Shown in pieces: positions 19,683-29,450 of a stretch of DNA of 59,149 nucleotides. This DNA is from Rhizaria sp. SCN 62-66 (lineage: Eukaryota). Within the stretch, counting starts at the first letter, position 1, and the number at the start of each line of letters is the position of its first letter. The DNA lies in NCBI GenBank assembly GCA_001724265.1, contig MEDY01000031.1, positions 62,001-121,149 on the forward strand, given 5' to 3'. Position numbers and translations under genes: made by a program. The notes below the pieces were generated by a model. The model was given only the letters and a program-made list of their open reading frames with translations, was not told the DNA's origin and made no database searches.

Positions 19683-21791
19683 TTAGATCTGACTCTTGTC
19701 ATTTGCCTTAAGCGCTGCGATCTCGGCGCGCAACCGCTGGATCTCTGCGCGCGCGGGCAGCAGCTCAGCACGAGCCTCAAGCGCGCGTGCGCGGCTCTCC
19801 GTGGCACGGAACGCGGAGCCCCAGAGCATGCGCCCCACAAGGTCCGCCCCGCGGAGTGCGCGCGCCGCCGCAGCGCTCGGCGGCCGCAACGGACTAACCG
19901 CATCTGCATCTGCGTCTGTGTCGCTGCTGCTCGTATAAGGAGCGAAGCCAGCGTCGATCAGCGCGCTGCGAAGTGCAATAGCGGCGGCGTGGTCTGTGTG
20001 TCCTGCCTTGATACTGGCGGCCCCGCGCGCGCTGGCCGCCGCCCACTGCGCTGCGTCGCAGTACAGCGCCGCTGCCGCGTCGGGCAGCCCAGTCTCGAGA
20101 CAGTCGCTGACGACGCCGCCGAACGCCGCGGTGTCCGTGGCGCCAGTCGCGTAGTCGTGGCAGAGGTCCTCTGCGCCGACTGAGGTGGCTGCGACAGGCG
20201 TATGCGCGGCCCAGGCGTCGAGCACCTTGCCCTTGACGCCCGCGCCGAAGCGCACGGGGCACAGCAGCACGCGGTAGCGCGCCAGCAGCGCGGCCAGCGG
20301 CGCGGGTGCGAAGCCCAGCACGCGCAGTCCCCGCGGCAGCGCGCCGGCCGCGGCGGCCGCGGACAGCTGTAGCGGCAGGTGCGACCCGTACACGTGCAGC
20401 TCCACGGGCTCCGTGTCGGCACTGCCGTTCGCGGTGTCAGCGTTGGCGCGCTGTTGGAGGGCTTCGCAGCGGTCGCGGATGCGGTCCCAGAGCCCGCCGC
20501 GGCGCAGCAGCTCCACGGCGTCCAAGTTGGGCGCGTGCTTGCCGGTGCCAATAAACACGAAGTGGCGCCGCGCACCGTGCGTGCGCTCCGGCGCGGCGGC
20601 CTCTGCGGGGGACAGCGCGGCCTCGGGCGGCAGCGTGATGGGCACGAAGGCCGCCTTGCACGCCGGCAGTCCCAGTCCGCTCACATAGCCCACAGAGCTA
20701 CTGCTGCTGTTGCTGCTAACAGAGTAAGCGTTGCCATCAGCAACAGGAGATGCGGCGGCGGACGGTGCAGTGGCGAGGGCAACTTCGACGCGCGACACAA
20801 AGAGAGCCAGGTCACTGCGGTGCAAAGACGCAGTTTCACGCAGCGCCAGGGCGCCGGCTGCTGCGCTTGCGGCATCTGCGCCAGTGTCTGCGTTAGATTC
20901 AGCAAAAACAACCTCTCCGGCGCTTGAAGAGCCTGTAGATCTAATTTCAGTGCTAAACGTCGAGAATGTAGTGAATGGCAGGTCGTTGACGGGCAGGGGC
21001 AGCGCCAGTGCGCATGACGGCGATGCCAACGAGACTGGTGCAATCGACTCTGCAGCCGCAGCAGCAGCAAAACCATTTGAACTGGCCTCTGTCGCAGCTG
21101 CGTATGGCGCGAGCACGTCCGGAACAACCATGGCCTGCATCGCGGGGAACGGCGCCAGCTTCGCGACGGAAGACCGCGCGAGCTCGCGGTCGGCGGCGGC
21201 GACGGCAGCAGCGCGCGCGGCGCGGAGCCCGTGAAGGTCTTGCGTGTCTACAATGCGCAAAGCCAGTGGTGCGGCAGCCGCCACGCGCCAGGAAAACTGT
21301 TCCTCCACCGCGAACTCGTTGAATACAACCGCGGAGAGGTACCCGCGGGGCGCGTCCGTCGAGCTCGCAGTGACAGGAGCGCCGGACGGCTGCCAGCGTG
21401 TGAGACGCGCGGTCGGCTCGTGGGCGGCGAAGAAGGCGCCGGAGTCAACATCGCGCAGCCAGGCGTCAAAAGAGGGGTCGTTGACCGCAACCTGCACGGT
21501 GTGGGCGCCGTAGCGCTCGAGCAGCGTGCGCGCGCGGCGCGCGGCGTCCTCGGTGCGCAACGACGATGTGACTGCGATCAGCGGGCGAAGGCCCACAGCG
21601 CGCATGGACTTGAGAAGTGAGACCGTGCGCACGCCCGCAGCGGTGCCCTCGGCGTCAGGCAGCACAGCAGTGAGCAGTAGCGCGCATCCAGCCGAGTCTG
21701 TCGGTGCAGCGGCAGCGGCGGATGACTGCAGACGAGCTGGCACTGCGAGCAATGCACGTGGAGCACGCCTGGCTGAGAGCTTAGATAGCAT
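19683..21791 (-). CDS. GT4/GT-B glycosyltransferase of bacterial type with a putative mitochondrial presequence
   Basis: EEQFSWRV, LRIVDTQDLHGLR, FVFIGTGKHAPNLDAV, RVLLCPVRFGAGVKGKVLDAW; N-terminus MLSKLSARRAPRALLAVPARLQSS is Arg-rich and acid-free; intronless; TAA stop. Confidence 0.8.
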   Translation of the reverse strand: MLSKLSARRAPRALLAVPARLQSSAAAAAPTDSAGCALLLTAVLPDAEGTAAGVRTVSLLKSMRAVGLRPLIAVTSSLRTEDAARRARTLLERYGAHTVQVAVNDPSFDAWLRDVDSGAFFAAHEPTARLTRWQPSGAPVTASSTDAPRGYLSAVVFNEFAVEEQFSWRVAAAAPLALRIVDTQDLHGLRAARAAAVAAADRELARSSVAKLAPFPAMQAMVVPDVLAPYAAATEASSNGFAAAAAAESIAPVSLASPSCALALPLPVNDLPFTTFSTFSTEIRSTGSSSAGEVVFAESNADTGADAASAAAGALALRETASLHRSDLALFVSRVEVALATAPSAAASPVADGNAYSVSSNSSSSSVGYVSGLGLPACKAAFVPITLPPEAALSPAEAAAPERTHGARRHFVFIGTGKHAPNLDAVELLRRGGLWDRIRDRCEALQQRANADTANGSADTEPVELHVYGSHLPLQLSAAAAAGALPRGLRVLGFAPAPLAALLARYRVLLCPVRFGAGVKGKVLDAWAAHTPVAATSVGAEDLCHDYATGATDTAAFGGVVSDCLETGLPDAAAALYCDAAQWAAASARGAASIKAGHTDHAAAIALRSALIDAGFAPYTSSSDTDADADAVSPLRPPSAAAARALRGADLVGRMLWGSAFRATESRARALEARAELLPARAEIQRLRAEIAALKANDKSQI

Positions 21792-22044
21792 CCCAACGCA
21801 GTGTAGTTTGTATATGTATTTCTTTAGATAAGAAGCGCTCTAATAAATACAATGATAATCGTATTGACGGAGCTTTAATAGCGCTGCACAAGTCAAAACA
21901 CCCAAGTCGGTCACGACCGTGAGCAAGTCTGGCATTTTTTCGGAACTGGCGCCTTAATTCCACTTTTTGGAACGACGAAGTTCGTCTCATCCTCGTCGCG
22001 ATCAGATATCTTTCTGTAGCTCGATAAAAGCAGCGTCCATCGAC

Positions 22045-22872
22045 ATGCCGGTACGTTTTCTATTTATATGTTGTGTTTATCTACCTAAGATTTTGTCGGT
22101 GTATCCTCAAGCGTGCTCTACGCCCAGTTTCGAACGGCTCGTGTATGCCTCACGTCCTCCATCTCCCTCCGCTCTTCCCACAGACCTACCACTCTGCCCT
22201 CACGGACACCACCGGCCTGCAGCTTACCTGCGGCACCGCCGTCCTCCCCCTCAAGACCATTTACAAGGGTGTTGCTCCCCCCTGCCCCGATTGTACGTTT
22301 CTCTTCTCCTAAACCTTCTCCTTAAAGTGCCCTTCTTCGTCTCTCTGTTCTCTCGACCGTCCTCGTGCCCTGAGCCTTACCCTCATCCTACGTTCCGTAC
22401 TCACTTCGTTGTCTCTCGATCCGACCCTCTTGCTTTGTGTTGCTTTTACACAGCCACTCGCGACATTGTTGACGAGGCGATCGAGTTCTTCCGCGCCAAC
22501 ATCCTGTTCCGCTCCTACGAGCCCAAGGGCGCGGCGGACCTGCAGCTCTGCTACCTCACCATTTACTTCTCCGAGATCCTCCGCTTCCTGCACAAGTCTG
22601 CCAAGACTGTCGCCGAGGCACGCAAGTCGATCACGCAGATCTCGCTGGTGCAGAACTTCGCCATCCCCGGCGACGCCAACTTCTGCCTCGCCGGCTTCTT
22701 CACCACGCCCGCGACGCGCGCCGAGGGTGACCTTATCCGCGCCTACATGCTCCAGCTGCGCCAGGAGGCCGCCGCGCGCTTCGTCGAGGCCGTGTACAAC
22801 GCCGACGGCACCCAGAACAAGTGGTGGTTCCAGTTCAACCGCCGCAAGTTCATGAACATCGAGTCTGCATAA
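22045..22872 (+). CDS. ARPC3: Arp2/3 complex subunit 3 (p21-Arc), 3 exons
   Basis: Exons 22045-22050, 22184-22292, 22454-22872 give MPTYHSAL...DIVDEAIEFFRANILFRSYE...FAIPGDANF...LRQE...KWWFQFNRRKFMN; both introns GTACGT..CAG. Confidence 0.95.
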   Translation: MPVRFLFICCVYLPKILSVYPQACSTPSFERLVYASRPPSPSALPTDLPLCPHGHHRPAAYLRHRRPPPQDHLQGCCSPLPRLYVSLLLNLLLKVPFFVSLFSRPSSCPEPYPHPTFRTHFVVSRSDPLALCCFYTATRDIVDEAIEFFRANILFRSYEPKGAADLQLCYLTIYFSEILRFLHKSAKTVAEARKSITQISLVQNFAIPGDANFCLAGFFTTPATRAEGDLIRAYMLQLRQEAAARFVEAVYNADGTQNKWWFQFNRRKFMNIESA

Positions 22873-23235
22873 GAAAGCACAACTTGTCTTTTGCCTTTAC
22901 AACCAACTTTGTTCAGTTCTAAAGTCTTCGTAAGCTTTGCGCAACGAACGATCGCAAGCCAATTGAGTAAAATTAACATCATCTAAACCACTAGAAACAC
23001 TGATTGCCGCCTGCTGTGCCGCGCCGGCGCCCAGCGCGTCGCCGCCACCGTGGCACTTGGCCTCGGCTCCGAATCAAATCCAAACCCAATACACCTGTAC
23101 ACATCTATCAAGATCAACTCACAGCTTACGGCCGTAATAGAACACGCGTTACTGAATCTTAATCTGTATTAGTGACCTCGTATCGAGGGAATGGCCTGTC
23201 TCTCAAATCAACACTGCGTTACGTTGTTGCTGCAT

Positions 23236-24125
23236 TCAGCCAAAGCAGCAGTTGCAGTCAAAGGGGCAGAGGCGCGTGCCGCCGCCGGTGCCGATGCGCA
23301 GCTCGTCCTTGTCGTAGATGTTGAAACCCTCGGCCGTGGTCTTGCGCGCGCGCGGGCCGCCCGCGCGGGTGAAACCCATGTCGTCTGTGGTAATGTGAAT
23401 AACGAGGCGGGGAGAGAGAAAGTGAGCGGACATGATTACGGCGAAATAACATTATAGCAATACAGTTCGCAAGTGTATATTTTATGATATAACACTATAG
23501 AGCAAGATATCCCGCAGCAAAGTGAATGCGTACCATCAGGCTGAAATGAGTCTCCGACCGGCAGACTCACATCGTTGGCGGTCTCGGAAATACCCATGGT
23601 GGCCTCGTCAACCTCCTCGCCAGCCTCAGCGGCCTCAACACGGGCGATCAGACGCTCGCGGGCCGAGGAAAACATGTCATCGATGCTAGCCTTGCCAGCG
23701 CTCGCGCCGCCACGGCTGGACTTATCGGCGGCGGTGGCGGCGGCGGTGGCGGCGGCGACGGACTTAGCGGGTTTGCTGCCGTCGGTCCTGGCGGCCGCAG
23801 CGGAGCCAGCCTTGGGCTGCACGGTACCAACGGGCGGCGCGGGCGCGGGTGCGGCGGGCTTGGCGGCGGCCTTGCCGTGCTGCTGTGCAGAGGAAGAATT
23901 CGACTTGGCGGGAGGCGGCGCCTGGGTGGGAACGGGCGGGAGCGCCTTCTTGATCACCACGCCAACGGGGGGTGCGATGGGTGCAGACGTCGGCGCCTTG
24001 CCTGTGGCGGCCTTGGGCTTTATGAGACCCACGGGCGCAACTGGCGCGGCGGGTTGGGTCGGCAGTGGGCGGCGCGGCTGCTTCGCGTCGGAGTCCGTGG
24101 GACGCTTCTTGCGCTCCGTAGACAT
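23236..24125 (-). CDS. DUF1764-family protein, 2 exons
   Basis: ATG 24125; intron 23533-23385 (GTACGC..CAG); SIDDMF motif and C-terminal RKTTAEGFNIYDKDELRIGTGGGTRLCPFDCNCCF. Confidence 0.85.
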
Positions 24126-24536
24126 GGGCTGCGGAAAAGGGGAATATAACGCGAGCAGCGCAGATTGAGAAGATATATATAATAAAATCAAATACTTGGC
24201 GTATAGTCCTGTAGAATTGGCGCTGTAACTTTTGCATAGACGGTCATTTCGTGAAAAAACGTTGTATTGCGAAGAAGTGGAAAACGGTGTTGATCTGCGA
24301 ACCACATGTTGCAAAAGGAGGCGTGAAAATGAACAAACAGAGGAATATATGCATCAAGCCCATCAGCAAAAGTCAAGCTATAGGTGCGTGTGGCCAATAC
24401 TGGCCATCTTATCCAGCATATCTAACATAAAGTACAACAACATCACAGTATGAGGGTTTGTGTTGTACACAATGCTCTAATAGAACAAACCTGCAAGGCG
24501 TTGTTGAGTCACTGAGCGAGCGTCCAGGTTCTGAGC

Positions 24537-25688
24537 TCAGCCAAAGAACACAAGCACCGCGGCGGCCGCCACAGCGCTAAGCGCGGCCCAGCCCAGTGTG
24601 GCGGCGCCCGCGGGGCGCGCGGCGGCGTTGGGCTTCAGGAAGACCGTGCAGCGCAGGGCCGGCACGGCGGGGTTGTCGGTCGGGAGCTGGAGGCAGTTGA
24701 GCGAGTTGCAGTCGGTCGTGACGCGGCAGCGCGATCCGCCGAAGCACTGGTCACAGTCAACCCCGCCGCAGTCGACGTCGGTCTCATTCTCGCCGCGCAT
24801 GCGGTCTTGGCACGTGGCTGGGAACACAGCAGTGTTTATGTAATCGGAAACCACGGACACGCCGAAACGCGCCGCGACCTTGGCGACCACCGTCGCGGAG
24901 CGGTCCTGCACGGCAAGCAGCAGCGCGCCCAGGCTTGCGGTCGTCTCAGGTGTCAGCGCGGACAGCACGTACAGCCGCCGTGGGACGGTAGAGTCCTGCA
25001 CAGTCGCAGATACCGATCCCGAAGCATATTCTGCGTGTTGTTGTTGAGCAGGAGTAGAGAGTGGGCCAAAGAGCGCGGAGGCTGCGCTAGGAACCGGAGT
25101 AAAGCCGTTGGGTCCGTACGTGTACACGGGCTCCGTGTCGACCACATTGTAGTTGTCATCGTAGGGGCTGCTGTAGTCCATGCGTGCGCGCGTCGAGAGG
25201 ACGACGGGCAATCCACGGGCGCGGGCCTCTGCGGCGGACAGGACGCCCCCACTGGCCGCTGCAGCGCCGCCGTCGTCGGTGGACTGGTAGAGAAAGGGCG
25301 GTGCGTCGGCCTGTGAAGAGCCGTTGCTGAAGAAGGTGATATACTTCTGTCCGCGGATCCACGCGAAGGCGGCCAGGTCGCCCAGCTCGGCGCGGTAGAT
25401 GGCCGAGATCGCGTTCAGCTCGGATAGCGTCAGCGCGTAAGACCGGTCCAGCCGCAGCTCCTGCTCCACAACCGTGTAGTCTGCGTTGGTGAGAGAGAAC
25501 GGGGAAGGGTAAAGGGAAGTGAGCGGGCGTGGTGAGTGAAGGGTGGCAAGCAAAGAGGCCAAGGGCAAGGCGAAAGCAGATGGCGAAAGGTTGGGATATG
25601 ACGTACTTGCGGCGGGATATGGGAGCGCGGACGTAAGCGACAGCATACTGCACAGCGCGAGCGCTGACAACGCGATTGTAGAAGTCAT
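24537..25688 (-). CDS. Secreted, probably GPI-anchored surface protein with one Cys-rich ETDVDCGG module
   Basis: Signal peptide MTSTIALSALALCSMLSLTSA; likely in-frame intron 25606-25481 (GTACGT..GCAG, pyrimidine-rich); TCQDRMRGENETDVDCGGVDCDQCFGGSRC..DCNSLNC; hydrophobic C-terminus. Confidence 0.8.
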   Translation of the reverse strand: MTSTIALSALALCSMLSLTSALPYPAASTSYPNLSPSAFALPLASLLATLHSPRPLTSLYPSPFSLTNADYTVVEQELRLDRSYALTLSELNAISAIYRAELGDLAAFAWIRGQKYITFFSNGSSQADAPPFLYQSTDDGGAAAASGGVLSAAEARARGLPVVLSTRARMDYSSPYDDNYNVVDTEPVYTYGPNGFTPVPSAASALFGPLSTPAQQQHAEYASGSVSATVQDSTVPRRLYVLSALTPETTASLGALLLAVQDRSATVVAKVAARFGVSVVSDYINTAVFPATCQDRMRGENETDVDCGGVDCDQCFGGSRCRVTTDCNSLNCLQLPTDNPAVPALRCTVFLKPNAAARPAGAATLGWAALSAVAAAAVLVFFG

Positions 25689-26163
25689 GAGTCGACGCGG
25701 CGCGGCGTACACACCGGTTTGCTGAGATCTTGTAACGACGCCAACTGTCTCCTTCACTCTGAAATCGAAATACGAAAAACGAGACGCCAAACTGAAAGTG
25801 GTTGAAACGAAATAAAGAGTTTGTTGTGTTAGCAAAGATTAAAATTCCAAAACAAGTGTAGAATGTGTGTTGACAGACGATACGAGAACTTCTATGCATA
25901 TTTGCTTGTCTCTTTCGCAGCCGCCCTCGGCCGCTCATAGGTGGCGTTCGAGAGGTACAGCCGTGCAGATCACTTTCAAAGCTATAGCAACAAATATTGA
26001 TCGTTGCAAGACTATCGCTTGTGCGAATCTTAATCAAACGTTATTTTTGTGTATTCACATAAAATATTTCTATCTGTGCATGCCGCTGGAACTCGCTATC
26101 CTCCTCGATGTCACTCACTTTCCTTCTTGTGGTCAATCATCGCCATGTCCTTCTAAACACAGG

Positions 26164-28604
26164 ATGTCATTGCGTTTCTGGGAGGTTGTGAACGCATTCT
26201 ACAACCTCCTTAACACTGCCCATGATGGCAAGCTTACGCAGCGCGAGGTACGTCTTCAGTTCAATCTATATTTATCTTCATCTCGCCTTAGACACGACTC
26301 CGCCCGCTCACCTCGCGCTCTATATCGATCCTTGCTTTCACCGTCGCTCGCCCGCAGGCCCGCACGACGATGCCCGTGGTGCTGGGCGCCGTGATGCGTC
26401 ACTCATCTGACCGCATGGATTCCTCCGCGCTGGACAAGATGGCTGCCTCGCACGTGGACCGGCTGTTCCGCGAGTCCGGCGCCGCGCTGCCCTCGGGCGC
26501 GCCGCTGCGCCCGGCCCCCGCGGCGCCGCTGGCCGCGCAGCCTGTGCCCGCGGACGCGTTCCTCTCCGCCGAGGCCTTTGCGGAGTCGTACCGCTCACAG
26601 CTGCTGCGCCACATGGAGGAAGAGGTGTTGTACCTTGACATCCGCCGCTCTGTCACTGCTCTCGCGCGCTGGCACACCGCGCGCAACGACACGCGCACCG
26701 CGCTGTTGCGCGCAGCCATGGCCGCGCTCTGGCCCGCGCTCCTTCACGAGGCCCCCGCCACTGACGCTGACGCCGACGCAATTGCCGTTAACGCTTCTGG
26801 CGACGGCGATGCCGCAGCAGAGGGATGCGCATCGCCACTGTACACTGACGGACTTTCCGCCGAGGATGCACTGGCACTGGAGACAGTCGTGCCGGCGTCG
26901 CTGCTGCAACAGGTTGCGCTGGCGGACGCGCCCGCCGACGCCGCCGGCCACCGCGGCGCGCGCGTCTTCCGCGGGCTCGCATCCGCGCCGTCCTCGGCCG
27001 CCGCGGGTGCGGAGCCTGGCGAGGGCTCGCTCACCGGCTCGCTCGCCGCAGTCGCGCAGAGTCACAGTTACAGTATGAGTCCCAGTCACGCCGCCAATGC
27101 TGCTGCCGCCAGCACACTCGGCGCCTCGTCGTCGTTTGCACACGTGCAGGCGCTGGCGACGCCGGCCCCCGGACTGGTCCCCATCAACGCGGACGCGCAC
27201 CTTGCGCTGGCCGGGGAATTCCCCGGCGCAGTCGCGCTTACGCCGCGCGTCGTCGCCGCGCTTGCCGTCGCGCTTGCCACCGCGCGTGAGTGCGCCAAGG
27301 GCCCGCCCGCCGCGGACGTTGCCGCCGTTGAGGCCGCGGTCTCGGTCTCGGCAGGAAGCGCGCCGCCGCAGAGTCAGACTGCGGTGGCGCAAAATGTGGA
27401 CGCTGTGGTTATCCCGGGCCCGTTCAGTGCGCTGACGGCCTCGGCGCCGCTCTGGGTCCCCGCGCTCTTGTACCCCCCTCTCAACAATCCCAGTCACAAT
27501 ACTAGCGTCACGAGCAGCAGCATAAGCAGTTGCAGCAGCATACGCAGTAGCAGCAGTGCCAGTGGCGCGGACGGCATCAAAGCTAAACCGCGCGTGCTGA
27601 CCGCGCGCGTGCTGCTCGACGCGCTCGGCCGCTGTTTTGGCCTCCTGCCCGAGCCCCCCGCCGGCACGCCCTTACCACCGTCACCTGCGGCGCCTGCTCT
27701 CGGCGGCGGCAACCCCGACGCTTCCGACTGCGCTGCTGCGGCGTCTGCGGCGGCGACTGCAGCGGCGGCGGCGTCGTCGAGCTGGCGCGCTCAGCTGCTG
27801 GCCGACGCGAGTGCTGCCGCGCAGTGGCTGCTGGCTGGCGCAGAGCCCCCGCGGCGTCTGCTCGCGCCGGTTCCCGGGGCACGCCTCGCGGCCGTGGCCT
27901 ACACGGCGCGCCCGCCCCCAGCGGCCTTCGGCGAGGCCGCGCAGGCGCAGGCACAGGGTCAGGCGCAGCACGCGGACTCGCGCGAGGGAACGCCCGGGCA
28001 CGGGTACGGACACGGACACGGACACGGGCTCGCGTCTCGCGGCGCCAACAACGCGCTGAGCGCAAGCTCTAGCTCCAGCAGCTCCAGCAGCTCCAGCAGT
28101 GGCTCAGTGCCGCCGCGCGTGGGGCTGTCCTCCCGCGCCACGACCGGCACCGGCGGCAGCTTTGGCCGTCCGCCGGGGGCGCCTCTCGCGGCGTCGTCCA
28201 ACTCACTGCAGCCTGCGCTGCCGCCGCGCGCGCCGCTGGCAGCGCCCGTGGCCGTGGGCGGCGCCTCGGGCCGCGCGCCACTCATCGGCGGCGCTGCTGC
28301 GGGCGGCGGGCTGGCCGCACAGGGCGACGGGGGCCCTGCGGCGGCGCTGCGCGCGCGCGTGGCGGCCGCGGCGGCGGCGGCGCTGGCGGCGGCGACGGAC
28401 GGGTCCGCCACAGGCGCGGGCGTGGCCGCGGTCGGCAGCGGCGAAGCGCCGCGGGACGGCGCATCCGGGTTCCGCCGCAGCGCGGAAGCCGTGCGCGGTG
28501 CGGGCGCGTTCGTGCCGATGGCGGCGCTGCCGGACACCATCGGGCTCGACGGCGACGGCGGCGACGAGGACGAGGATGACGGACTCGACGACGGCGACCT
28601 TTGA
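26164..28604 (+). CDS. Ala-rich protein with an N-terminal EF-hand-like loop, 2 exons
   Basis: Exon 1 MSLRFWEVVNAFYNLLNTAHDGKLTQRE and intron 26248-26357 (GTACGT..CAG) join in frame to ORF 26370-28604; start uncertain. Confidence 0.7.
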
Positions 28605-28839
28605 ACAAACAGGCGATGTGGCAACGGTCTTTTGAGACCATGTCATGTTTTGCATTTGCACTATCAACCAATACAGTATTATTTTTTATTGTACAACAAC
28701 TCCCTTGTCTCGTACTGGTTTATAATAACAGAATGTGAAGATGCGATCAGAAGTGTTGCGAGTGTCTGGTGAATTTAGAGACGTGACAACAGCGTGATGT
28801 TCAAATGACTATGTAACAAGCATCTAGCGTGTACCAGGC

Positions 28840-29301
28840 TTAATAATGCTCGCCGAGCTGGTGCACAGTGGTCTCAGGAACAACGTAGGCGCCATTCTCG
28901 CTGGACGCAGAGGCAAGCTTCGGGGGCGCCTGCTGGGCGGCGACCTCCGCCGTGACCTGGTCAGCGACTATACGCAGTCAACAAGAAAAAATAAAGAGAA
29001 TGTAAGATTTAAACAAGTCTGTGATTCATTATTTAGTCGTGATTATTCTCCAGCAACATGGTGGTGTGCGTAGGTCGAGAGTCAAAGACGTACTGCGGAA
29101 AGCGTAGATGGCGCAGATGACGCCGCCGAGCAAAACGCCGAATTTCGCGGCACTACGTTTCATAGCGCGGATAATAACACGACGAGCTTCGACAACCTCC
29201 TTGCTGGGCTGACCGTAGCGGGCGTCGTAGTAAATCTTACCAATAACACCTGCGAGAATCGTCGCGCCGCCAATACGAAGCTTCAGAGCAACAGTGGACA
29301 T
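28840..29301 (-). CDS. Small orphan membrane protein (~111 aa), 2 exons
   Basis: Intron 29093-28968 (GTACGT..TAG) joins ...AIYAFR to IADQVTAEVAAQQ...HQLGEHY-TAA; two hydrophobic segments. Confidence 0.65.
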
Positions 29302-29450
29302 GGCTGGAGAAATATCAGGAGTGGTGCGATGTGAGAATCAAGTCGTAGAAGATACAATTAGGAGATCATACGTAAACGTGTATTTGTAAGGCGTTTGGTC
29401 AACTAAATCGACATTAACGGTCAAATTGATGACATAATCTTGTGCAAAAC

